DNA of 64,000 nucleotides from Pirellulales bacterium (GTDB taxonomy: Bacteria; Planctomycetota; Planctomycetia; Pirellulales; JALHPA01): positions 5,330,786 through 5,394,785 of the forward strand of contig CAWHJG010000002.1 of assembly GCA_963829655.1 (NCBI GenBank), read 5' to 3'. The stretch's first letter is position 1. Every line of letters begins with the position of its first letter. The notes under the pieces were generated by a model. It was not told the origin of the DNA. It was given only the letters and a program-made list of their open reading frames with translations, and searched no databases. Below are positions 9,477-19,681 of the stretch, piece after piece. The translations under genes and the position numbers were made by a program.

Positions 9477-10273
9477 GTGCGACCGGAGTCTGTCATTGTG
9501 GTAGTGGACGAGCGCCGATATCGCTTGCTGGAACTCATTAGAGCGAAAGGGTTTGCGTCGTTGCCGGAGCTGATGGAGGAGCTGGAAGTTTCCGAGTCCA
9601 CCGTCCGACGGGACTTGGACTACCTGGAAGTGAGCGGGACTGCCAAGCGAACGCATGGAGGAGTCTTCTACACGGGTGCCAGCCCCAAACTGCCGCACTT
9701 TGAGGAGCGCGAGCCCGCGAACTGGGAGCGAAAGCGGGCGATCGCCGAGCGTGCGGCCGAGCTCATTCAGAACGGTGACACGGTCTTGCTGGACGGTGGA
9801 ACAACGACCTACGAAGTGGCGCAGATCTTGGTCGGCCGGTCGTTGCAGGTGGTAACCAACTCGCTGCCGGTGGCGAACCTTTTCGCCTCGCACAGTAATA
9901 CGGACTTAGTGTTGTTGGGCGGCTACATCTACCCGCGAACTGGTGTGGCCTTGGGCCCCTACGCGAACGAGATGCTGGCTCACCTGAATGTGCACAAGAC
10001 CGTGCTCAGCGTCGCGGGGATCAACGAGCGGGGCTTTTACAACAGCAATCTGCTGCTGGTGGAAACCGAGCGGGCGATGATGCGCCAGCCGACGAAGTGA
10101 TCGTGGTAGCCGACAGCACGAAGTTCGGTCGCCGGAGCCTGGCGCATCTGGCGGCGCTCGGCGATGCGCATTGCATGGTCGTAGACGACGGGATTAGCGA
10201 GGAGTGGAAGGGCAAAGTGGAAGAAGCGGGCGTGAAACTGTTGATCGCTGCCACGTCAGGGACCGTATCGTAA
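9477..10273 (+). CDS. DeoR/GlpR family transcriptional regulator (one frameshift near 10085)
   Basis: HTH region [37 protein letters not shown] and sugar-binding region [14 protein letters not shown]...VVTNSLPVA. It continues in another frame as [21 protein letters not shown]... Confidence 0.85.
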
Positions 10274-10279
10274 TCGAAC

Positions 10280-10945
10280 ATGGCGACCGCAACATTAGAT
10301 CGAAGGAACGTCGAGCGGATCGTTCGCGAAATCGTACTTGCGCACCATTCCGCGCCCACCGGAACGCCGAAGCTGGTCGTGAGCATTTCGGCCCGGCATT
10401 GCCACCTGACCGACGAGCATGTGGAAATGCTGTTTGGGCAAGGTCAAAAGCTACGGTCCATAAACCGCTGTATCAGGACGGTTTCTTCGCCGCCGAGCAA
10501 ACGGTGATGATCGTCGGCCCGAACAAGCGGCGGATGCTGCCGAGCGTGCGCGTGCTTGGACCGACGCGGCCGGCAAGCCAGGTGGAGCTGGCGTTCACCG
10601 ATGCGATCTCGCTGGGTATCGAAATCCCGGTGCGGCCGAGCGGCAAAATCAGCGGCACGCCGGGTTGCGTGCTGGTCGGCCCGGCGGGCGTCGTCGAACT
10701 GAAGGAAGGCGTGATTCGCGCCGAGCGCCACGTGCACATGCACGACGATCATGCCAAGTTATTACGGCGTGAAGAACGGCGACCGGATGAGCCTGCGAAT
10801 CGAATCGACGTGCACGACGGTGTTCGAAGACCTGCTCGTGCGGGCAGACGCGACGAGCAAGCTCGAAGTGCACATCGATACCGACGAAGGCAACGCGGCG
10901 GATTTGGATCACGCGACGAAGGTGGAGTTGCTCAAGCAACGGTAA
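10280..10945 (+). CDS. pduL: PduL-type phosphate acyltransferase (two frameshifts)
   Basis: Contains [22 protein letters not shown], then [38 protein letters not shown]...ERHVHMH, then [14 protein letters not shown]...[23 protein letters not shown]. Confidence 0.85.
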
Positions 10946-11013
10946 GTGTATTTCATAGTCCATGACTGCGACCGAGTTCCGTCGCAGCGATTCCTTAACC
11001 CCGGAGAGCACCC

Positions 11014-11343
11014 ATGGCGAAACAGATGGAAGCGCTCGGCATGATCGAGACCAAGGGCTTTATCGCCCTGGTCGAGGCCAGCGACGCAATGATGAAGGCC
11101 GCGAACGTCGATTTTCTCGGCTGGGACAAAGTCGGCAGCGGGCTGGTGACGGCGTTTGTCACCGGCGACGTGGCCGCGGTGAAGGCCGCGACCGACGCCG
11201 GCGCGACCGCGGCCGGCCGCATCGGCGAGGTCGTCAGCGTGCAGGTCATTCCCCGCCCGCACGAAGAACTTGACGTGGTGTTGCCGGTCGGCCGCAAGAG
11301 CGGCGCGAAGAGGCGCAAGACTGAATCGCGGACGTGTCTTTGA
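11014..11343 (+). CDS. BMC-H shell protein (Pfam00936-type) with a basic C-terminal tail
   Basis: [27 protein letters not shown]...[21 protein letters not shown]...VIPRPHEEL, followed by the tail [18 protein letters not shown]. Confidence 0.9.
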   Translation: MAKQMEALGMIETKGFIALVEASDAMMKAANVDFLGWDKVGSGLVTAFVTGDVAAVKAATDAGATAAGRIGEVVSVQVIPRPHEELDVVLPVGRKSGAKRRKTESRTCL

Positions 11344-11376
11344 ACCCTAAACCCTGAACCCTGAACAGTAAACCCT
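11342..11376. repeat. Degenerate tandem heptamers (R)AACCCT x5 between the two BMC-H genes
   Basis: gaaccct aaaccct gaaccct gaacagt aaaccct, starting within the stop codon of the first BMC-H gene. Confidence 0.85.
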
Positions 11377-11380
11377 CACT

Positions 11381-11650
11381 ATGGCTACAGCAATTGGATT
11401 GATTGAAACGAAGGGCCTTGTGGCCCTGGTCGAAGCCACCGACGCGATGGCCAAGGCGGCCAACGTGCAGATCGTCAAGCGAGTGTCGATCGGCGGCGGT
11501 CTGGTGACGACGGTCGTCACCGGCGACGTCGGCAGCGTCCGCGCCGCGGTTGAGGCCGGCGCACAGGCGGCGCAGCAGATCGGCGAGCTCGTCGGCAGCC
11601 ACATCATTCCGCGGCCGGCGGAAGGTTTGGCCGCAGCGTACTTTTCCTAG
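11381..11650 (+). CDS. BMC-H shell protein
   Basis: AIGLIETKGLVALVEATDAMAKAANV...GLVTTVVTGDVGSVRAAVEAG...IIPRP. Confidence 0.9.
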   Translation: MATAIGLIETKGLVALVEATDAMAKAANVQIVKRVSIGGGLVTTVVTGDVGSVRAAVEAGAQAAQQIGELVGSHIIPRPAEGLAAAYFS

Positions 11651-11697
11651 TCTTCTGGTAAACCGATCTCCTTCGACAACCGTTGATTCCGGCGATC

Positions 11698-12890
<1,193 letters not shown>

Positions 12891-12894
12891 ACGC

Positions 12895-13208
12895 ATGTTT
12901 GTCGCCAAAGTCACCGGTTCGGTTGTCGCCACGCAAAAGGTGGAGGCGATGACCGGCCACAAGCTGCTGGTGGTCGAGCCGTATCGCCTCGATCCGCAAG
13001 CGCGCAAGGGCCTGGTCACGACCGGGCGCACGTTTGTCGCCGTCGATACCGTCGGCGCGGGCGAGGGCGAGTTCGTGCTGATCACGCAAGGCTCGAGCGC
13101 CCGCCTGACGCCGGAAACCAAGAACCTGCCGATCGACGCGGTGATCATCGGAATTATCGACGCGGTGCAAATTGATCGGAAGCGAAGTGTTCAAAACAGT
13201 CCAAATGA
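12895..13208 (+). CDS. BMC-P (EutN/CcmL) vertex protein; C-terminus reconstructed across two indels
   Basis: MFVAKVTGSVVATQKVEAMTGHKLLVVEP...VDTVGAGEGEFVLITQGSSAR...IDAVIIGIIDAV. The printed 149-aa ORF extension is the out-of-frame aldehyde dehydrogenase N-terminus. Confidence 0.75.
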
Positions 13209-14660
13209 GCGAACCAACGATGCAAGCCACCGAACAACTCATCAAGAACGTCGTCGAACAAGTGCTCAAGCAGCTTGGGCCAGCGCGCCCACGCGTCGAA
13301 TGGTCACAAGACGAGCGGCCGCAATGGCGTGTTCCACGATGTGAACGAGGCCGTTGAAGCCGCGACCGTGGCGTTCGAGCAGCTTAGCGAGCGGACCATC
13401 GACGAGCGCAAGCGGATCATCGACCACATCCGCCGCATCTCCATCGACCAGTGCGTCGAGCTGGGCACGATGGAGATGGAAGAGACCAAGATCGGCCGGC
13501 TGGAGCACAAGATCGAGAAGCTCAAGACGCTCGGCGAGCGCACGCCGGGCGTCGAGTTCTTGCGAAGCGAAGTCTTCAGCGGCGATCACGGCCTGGCCGT
13601 GATCGAGCACGCCCCGTTCGGCGTGATCGTGGCCATCACGCCGGTCACGCATTCGCTGCCGACGATCACCGGCAACGCGATCAACATGATCGCCGGCGGC
13701 AACACGGTCGTCGTCAACCCGCATCCCAGCGGCAAGCGCGTCGCGGCCGAAGGCGTGCGGCGGTTCAACGAGGCGATCCATCGCGACCTCGGCATCGACA
13801 ACCTGATCTGCGTGATCGCCGAGCCGACGCTGGAAACGGCCGATCAGCTCTTCAAGCACCGCGGCATGCGGCTGATCTGCGTCACCGGCGGCCCGGCCGT
13901 GGCCCGCGCGGCGCTGCAATCGAGCAAGCGGGCGATCGTCGCCGGTCCGGGCAATCCGCCGGTCGTCGTCGATGAGACGGCCGATCTCGATCGCGCCGCG
14001 CGGTCGATCATTCAGGGCGGATCGTACGACAACAACCTGCTCTGCATCGCCGAGAAGGAGGTGTTTGTCGTCGGCCAAGGTGTTCGACGACATGATGCAG
14101 GCGATGGAGCGGGCCGGCGCGGTGCGGCTCAATGACCGCGAAGTCGAGGCGCTGACCAAGAAGGCGATCGTGAAAGTCGGCGAAGGCGAGCACAAGCACG
14201 ACGCGCCGTGCAAGGACTTTCTCGGCCAGGACGCGGCGGTGCTCGCGCGAGCGGCCGGCAAGAACGTTTCACCGCAAGACCGAACTGCTGTTCGGCGAGA
14301 CCGACGAGAGCAACCCGTTCGTGCCGGTCGAGCAGATGATGCCGTTCGTTCCGTTCGTGAAGTGCCGCGACGTGGACGAAGCGATCGACAAGGCCAAGCA
14401 GTACGAGCACGGCTTCCGCCACACGGCGATCATCCACAGCAACAACGTGCGGAACATGACCAAGATGGGCCGCGCGATGGACACGACGCTGTTCGTCAAG
14501 AACGGCCCGTCGCATGGCGGCGCTCGGCCTCGGCGGCGAAGGATACCTGTCGTTCTCGATCGCCACGCCGACCGGCGAAGGCGTGACGACGCCGCTGACG
14601 TTCACGCGCGAGCGGCGCTGCTCGCTGATCGACGATTTGCGGATCATTGGAAAACCATAA
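13205..14660 (+). CDS. CoA-acylating aldehyde dehydrogenase (PduP/EutE-like) with an N-terminal encapsulation-peptide-like helix; 4 frameshifts
   Basis: N-terminus [25 protein letters not shown], then [13 protein letters not shown]...[16 protein letters not shown]...VVVNPHPSG...[11 protein letters not shown]...[15 protein letters not shown]...[12 protein letters not shown]...MPFVPFVKC...HTAIIHSNN...PTGEGVTTP. Confidence 0.85.
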
Positions 14661-14689
14661 CGCGGAAAATAACGACGGCATTTGCGACC

Positions 14690-14947
14690 ATGCAGCTCGG
14701 TGAAGTAATTGGAACGGCGACCGCCACGGTAAAGCATCCATCGATGAATGGATGGAAGCTGCTGGTCGTGCAGCCGTTCCTGGTCGATGGCCGCACGGTG
14801 GACGGCGACCCTGTGTTGGCGATCGACCACCTGGGCGCGGGCCGCGGCGAGCGCGTGATTATCACCAGCGACGGCGCCGGTACACGAGCATTGCTCGGGA
14901 CCGACGCGACGCCGGTTCGCTGGAGCGTGCTGGGAATCGCAGATTAG
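14690..14947 (+). CDS. BMC-P (EutN/CcmL) vertex protein
   Basis: [29 protein letters not shown]...[19 protein letters not shown]...RWSVLGIAD. It sits inside ORF 14321-14947, whose upstream part is frameshifted aldehyde dehydrogenase. Confidence 0.85.
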   Translation: MQLGEVIGTATATVKHPSMNGWKLLVVQPFLVDGRTVDGDPVLAIDHLGAGRGERVIITSDGAGTRALLGTDATPVRWSVLGIAD

Positions 14948-14956
14948 GAGACGTGT

Positions 14957-15238
14957 ATGCGGATCGGCAAGGTAATTGGAACCGTATCGCTGAGTCGCTC
15001 TCATCCGACGATGCAGGGCGGCGCGGCTATCCGCCTGGCCGTGCCGCTGTCGCTTGCCAACCTGCGCGGCGACTCATCGGACGAGGCCGAGGAACTTGTG
15101 GTGTACGACGAACTTGGCGCTGGAATTGGCAGCTTGATCGCCATCAGCGAGGGGGGCGAAGCGGCCCAACCGTTTCGGCCGAACATGAAGCCGGTTGATG
15201 CATACAACGCCGCGATCCTCGATCGCATCGATCTCTAA
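14957..15238 (+). CDS. BMC-P (EutN/CcmL) vertex protein
   Basis: MRIGKVIGTVSLSRSHPTMQGGAAIRLAVP...YDELGAGIGSLIAISEGGEAA...VDAYNAAILDRIDL. Confidence 0.85.
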   Translation: MRIGKVIGTVSLSRSHPTMQGGAAIRLAVPLSLANLRGDSSDEAEELVVYDELGAGIGSLIAISEGGEAAQPFRPNMKPVDAYNAAILDRIDL

Positions 15239-15269
15239 CGCAATACATCACACGACAATTCACAACATC

Positions 15270-16178
15270 ATGCAACTTCATCAAATCAAAGAAGAAATCT
15301 GCGACATCGGCCGCCGGATCTATGCCAAGGGCTTTGCCGCCGGCAACGACGGCAACATCAGTTATCGCCTCGGCGAGAACCAGGTGCTCTGCACGCCGAC
15401 GATGATCTGCAAGGGTTTTATCAAGCCCGCCGATCTTTGCATCGTCGATATGGAGGGCAATCAGGTCGCCGGCCAGAAAAAGCGAACCAGCGAAATCCGA
15501 CTGCACCTGGCGATCATGAAGGCCCGGCCGGAGATCAAGAGCGTCGTCCATTGCCACCCGCCGCATGCCACGGCGTTTGCGGTCGCTCGCGAGCCGATTC
15601 CGCAGTGCGTGCTGCCCGAGGTGGAGGTGTTTCTCGGCGACGTGCCGATCACGAAATACGAAACGCCCGGCGACCAGGAATTCGCCGACACGGTGCTGCC
15701 GTTCGTGCACAAGGCAAACGTGATCATCCTCGCGAACCACGGCACGGTGAGCTTACGGCGACACGGTCGAGAAGGCGTACTGGTGGACCGAGATTCTCGA
15801 CGCGTATTGCCGAATTCTGATGCTCGCGCGCGACCTCGGCCGAGTGACGTACTTCAACGAGCGCGAAAGCACGCGAGTTATTGGACCTCAAGAGCAAAGT
15901 GGGGCTACACCGATCCGCGGCTGGCGCAGGGCATGGAGAACTGCGACATCTGCGCGAACGACATCTTCCGCGACAGTTGGCAGCAGTCGGGCGTCGAGCG
16001 GCAAGGCGTTTGAGCCGCCCGCGGCGATGGGCGATCGCGCAAGTCAGAGGGACGCGTGGCCACGGCGTTGCCTACTAGCAACGGCAAACCGAGCGACGCT
16101 GGATCGTCCGGCGGCGTCGATCAGGAAGCGCTGATTCAGGCAATCACGGACCGAGTGATGGCGGCGCTTGCGAAGTGA
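15270..16178 (+). CDS. Class II aldolase/adducin-family aldolase (fuculose/rhamnulose-phosphate aldolase-like), with a C-terminal encapsulation-peptide-like extension beyond an in-frame TGA
   Basis: FAAGNDGNISYRL, TSEIRLHLAIM, VVHCHPPHATAF and VIILANHGTVS, with 3 frameshifts at 15750-15900. A stop lies at 16011-16013, and the same frame then stays open for 54 more codons ending ...SSGGVDQEALIQAITDRVMAALAK (stop 16176-16178). Confidence 0.75.
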
Positions 16179-16212
16179 CGCGATCACGGTTTTATCACAC
16201 CGGCTGAAACGC

Positions 16213-17157
16213 ATGAAAGTCAGCATCATCGGCGGCGGCGGATTGGTCGGCTCTTGCACGGGTTTTGCCCTGCAAGCCGGCGGGATCGTGCGCGAGATTG
16301 TGCTGATCGACGCCAACGCCGAATTGGCGGCGGGGCAAGCGCTCGATCTGTTGCACGGCAGCTCGCTTGTGGCCGATCAGATGATCCGCTCGGGCGGGTA
16401 CGACGAGATACCGGCGAGCGATGTGATCTGCATCACCGCCGGCCTGCGGCGAAAGCCCGACGAAAGCCGGCTGGATCTGATCAATCGCAACGTCGATCTG
16501 TTCCTCGGCATTCTTGAGCGAAATTCAGAAAGCGGGCACCAAGCCAGGCGCAATCATCGTCGTCGTCTCGAACCCGGTCGACGTGCTCACTTACCTCGCC
16601 GCGCAGCGACTCGACCTTCCGCCGTCGCAAGTCATCGGCCTGGGCACACAACTCGACACGCTTCGTTTCCGCAGCCTGATCGCCGAGAAACTTGGCGCGC
16701 CGCCGACGCAAGTGTCGGCCGTGATCCTCGGCGAACACGGCGACAGCATGGTGCCGATCTGGTCGAGCGCGACGGTCGGCGGCCTGCCGCTGGAGAAATA
16801 TCCCGGCTGGTCGATCAACACTGCCAACGAAGTGTTCAACCGCACGAAGGGCTCGGGCGCGGAAGTCATCAAGAAGAAGGGGGGGCCGGCTTTGCCGTCG
16901 GCCTGGCGATCAAGGAAGTCATCGAAGCGATCGCGCTCGATCGCAATGCCTGCTGCCGGTTTCCAGCGTGCAAAACGGCTGCTACGGTCTGCGCGACGTG
17001 TCGATCTCGGTGCCGACCGTCGTCGGTCGCAAAGGCGTTGTCGCGACGCGCGAGATCGAGCTTTGGCCGCAGCGAAGCTGCAAGGGCTTCGCCAGAGCGC
17101 CAAGTGTTGCGACAGACGATCGATACGGTCCTCGCGCGGATTGGAAAGGCAAGCTGA
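16213..17157 (+). CDS. L-lactate/malate dehydrogenase family oxidoreductase, about 5 frameshifts
   Basis: MKVSIIGGGGLVGS...EIVLIDAN, ICITAGLRRKPDESRLDL, IVVVSNPVDVLTY, VIGLGTQLDTLRF, VILGEHGDSMVP and GVVATREIELW lie across alternating frames. Confidence 0.8.
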   Translation: MKVSIIGGGGLVGSCTGFALQAGGIVREIVLIDANAELAAGQALDLLHGSSLVADQMIRSGGYDEIPASDVICITAGLRRKPDESRLDLINRNVDLFLGILERNSESGHQARRNHRRRLEPGRRAHLPRRAATRPSAVASHRPGHTTRHASFPQPDRRETWRAADASVGRDPRRTRRQHGADLVERDGRRPAAGEISRLVDQHCQRSVQPHEGLGRGSHQEEGGAGFAVGLAIKEVIEAIALDRNACCRFPACKTAATVCATCRSRCRPSSVAKALSRRARSSFGRSEAARASPERQVLRQTIDTVLARIGKAS

Positions 17158-17170
17158 CGGTTCGGCCGCA

Positions 17171-18451
17171 ATGCAAAAATCTCTCGATCGCAAAACTCGC
17201 CAACATTCACGCCGATCCATCGGGCGCGAAGGACTTCATCCTCGCCGACGCCAAGGACGCCGACATGGCGTTTGGCATCGGCGCACCGGGCCAGTCGCCC
17301 GAGACGCATGCCGGCGAGCTGCGGTTCCGGACGCTGGTCGGACTACCGCGAGCAGATTCGTCAGATCGTCGAGCAAGGGCTTGTCGATATCATGCTGATG
17401 TCGCGCGAGCACCAACGACGTGCTTGCGCACCAGGAGCGGCTGTTTGAGGCCAGCCACGTCACGCCGGCCGCCCGCGCGAACGACGCGACCGACATCTTC
17501 GCGATCCGCGGCAACCGGTACATCGACCAGCCCGCGCGGCCGCACCGCACGGCGCTGTTGGACCACATTCAATGCGGCCACGTGGCGTGTGACGAAGCGG
17601 AGCGCCGACGCGGAACGAACCTTGGGTTGTACAGCGTCACGTTCAACAATCGGCTCGACGACGACCTGCAAACACTGGAAGAATATCGCCGCTTCCGCGA
17701 GGAGGCCGAGAGCAAGGGTTTTCGGCACTTCCTCGAGGTATTTGACCCGAACTCGCCGTGCGACCTGCCGCAGGACAAAGTTCCGGCGTTTATCAACGAT
17801 CAGATTGCTCGCACGCTCGCGGGTGTGGCTTCTGCCGCGCGGCCGGTGTTTTTGAAGATCGTTTATCACGGGCCGAAGGCGATGGAGGAGTTGGTTGCGT
17901 ATGACCCGCACCTCGTCGTTGGAATTCTCGGTGGCAGTGCGGGGACGACGTACGACGCGTTCAAGCTGATTGCCGAGGCGCAGAAGTACGGCGCTCGCGC
18001 GGCGCTGTTCGGCCGGAAGATCAATCAGGCAGAGTGCCAGCTTGCGTTTGTGCAGTTCCTGCGGCTGATCGTCGATCGCGAGATTTCGCCGGAAGAGGCG
18101 GTGCGTGCTTATCACGCGGTGTTGGAACGCCTTCAGATCAAGCCGCGCCGGAAACTCGAAGACGATTTGGCGTTACAGACCGGTGTGATGAGCTATGGCG
18201 GCGGTTCGAGCGTTGTTGTGCCGGCCGCAATACCTGGCAATCCGCAAAAAACGGATTCCTCGCACTCGTGCGGATGCAGTAGCCCGAAACCGGAGGAGTG
18301 CCACTGCAAGCATGAGAAACCTGCCACGGCGGCGGCGGCCAATTCGCAGTCGGCTACGCACCAGAATTCGCGTCCCGACTTCTCAAAGATGACGCGCGCC
18401 GAAAAGCTCGCCTGGAACAAGGCCGAGCGGGATCGCATCTTTGGGCAGTGA
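17171..18451 (+). CDS. Aldolase-like TIM-barrel protein (DeoC/FbaB/LacD-like) with a Cys/His-rich C-terminal tail; specific function unknown
   Basis: Contains ADAKDADMAFGI, LGLYSVTFNN, RHFLEVFDPN, FLKIVYHGP and VVGILGGSAGTTYDAFKL...GARAALFGRKINQAE, which resembles the class I aldolase GA.G...GR.I.Q end. The tail is SHSCGCSSPKPEECHCKHEKP. There are 3 frameshifts in the first 250 bp and none after. Confidence 0.45.
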
Positions 18452-18455
18452 TCGC

Positions 18456-19560
18456 TCACTCGCCACAGGTCTCGGCCAACTCGCGCAGATACGCGAGAGC
18501 TTCCTCTAATTCGCTCGCCGGCACGCCCGGCTGCCGCCCCAAACGGTCGCACTTGCTCAAAAGCAGAAGCTCTTCAAAACTTTCGTTTGCCGCCAGCCGC
18601 TGCCGCGCCCGCGCGCAAGCGAGCCCTGGTGAAGCTCGTGCCCCAGCATGTGATTTTCGATTAACCAGTGCGTTCGCTCCGTGATATAACCATTGAGCGC
18701 ATCCAAACCCGCGGCGATATGGTCTTCCGGGTCAATCGCCTTTCCCACGTCGTGCAACAGAGCCGCAAGCAAGAACTCCTCGTCGTACGGCAGCTCGTCG
18801 CGCGCAAGTCGAACACTTGCAGGCTGTGATACAGCGCCTCGCCCTCCGGATGCCACTTGGGATTTTGTTTCACATTCTCCAGCGGCAAGAGCAGCATTTC
18901 GTAGATCTGAAACCGATCGACCTTGTTCTCGGCCTCCAACATTTCCTGATCGAGATCGATTCCGGGATACTCGTTCCGCAGCAGTTGCTCGAGCTCGCGC
19001 ACGCTCGCGCGCTCGATCGGCTTGCCGGTGATCGAGCTCTTGAACACAAAGTGCGCCAGGTTGGCCGCGTAGATCGTCAGCTCGAAGTTAAACCGGTCTC
19101 GCACGTGCACGTGCGTAAAGACGCGCTCCTCGCCGTGCTTGCGGACGCGCTTTCGCTCGAGATCGAACACCATTCCTTCGGCCTCCAGCGCCGAGGTCAC
19201 CGCCTCACTGCTGTCGGCGAACAGGTGGATATCGATATCCGATCCGGCGCGCACGTGACCGGTCATCGTGCTGCCGATTAACCGCGGCCGAAACACGGCG
19301 AGAATCCGCATTAGCCGCAGCGCGTCGAGCCGCATCTCGCGGAGGCGGTCCAGCCGGGCGTTGCCTTCATAAAGCCGGGCAAACGACTGGATCTGGTCGC
19401 GGATTTCCGCGTTGCTGGGCAAGTCGGCCGGCTTCACCCAGCCGCCGCAGATGCGTTTTCCGGCCTTGAGCTTGGCCCGGTAATATTCAGACTCCTGCCG
19501 CCCGTACATGAGCCGCGCGGCCTCGAAGGCAATCTGCCTCCGCAGTTTGTCGTTCGACAT
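18456..19560 (-). CDS. Nucleotidyltransferase-domain + HD-domain protein (2 frameshifts)
   Basis: The NTase-like part is IGSTMTGHVRAGSDIDIHLF. The HD part is KWHPEGEALYHSLQVF...LLAALLHDVGKAIDPEDH. The C-terminus ...LAYLRELAETCGE was reconstructed in a third frame. Confidence 0.65.
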
Positions 19561-19681
19561 GCTTGTGGTGCGCCGATATTAGCCATTCGCGCGGCGCCAG
19601 GCTGACACGATTATACTCAGCGCAGAAAGAAAAACATCGCACGTTCCTTGGCCGCCGCGGTGATATCGGGCTGCCGGCTGG

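Noticed and set aside
12895-13344. 149-aa BMC-P with a long basic C-terminal extension.
   Set aside because: The extension is the aldehyde dehydrogenase N-terminal region read out of frame. EutN-family proteins are about 90-105 aa.
14321-14947. 208-aa ORF that looks like an aldehyde dehydrogenase-BMC-P fusion.
   Set aside because: This is an artefact. The dehydrogenase leaves this frame near 14510 and ends at 14660 in another frame. The BMC-P has its own ATG at 14690.
16011-16013. In-frame TGA in the aldolase as a selenocysteine codon.
   Set aside because: I could see no SECIS-like stem-loop immediately downstream. The position is in a linker rather than an active site, and no sel genes are in the window. 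Sequence error or readthrough are more plausible; see the finding.
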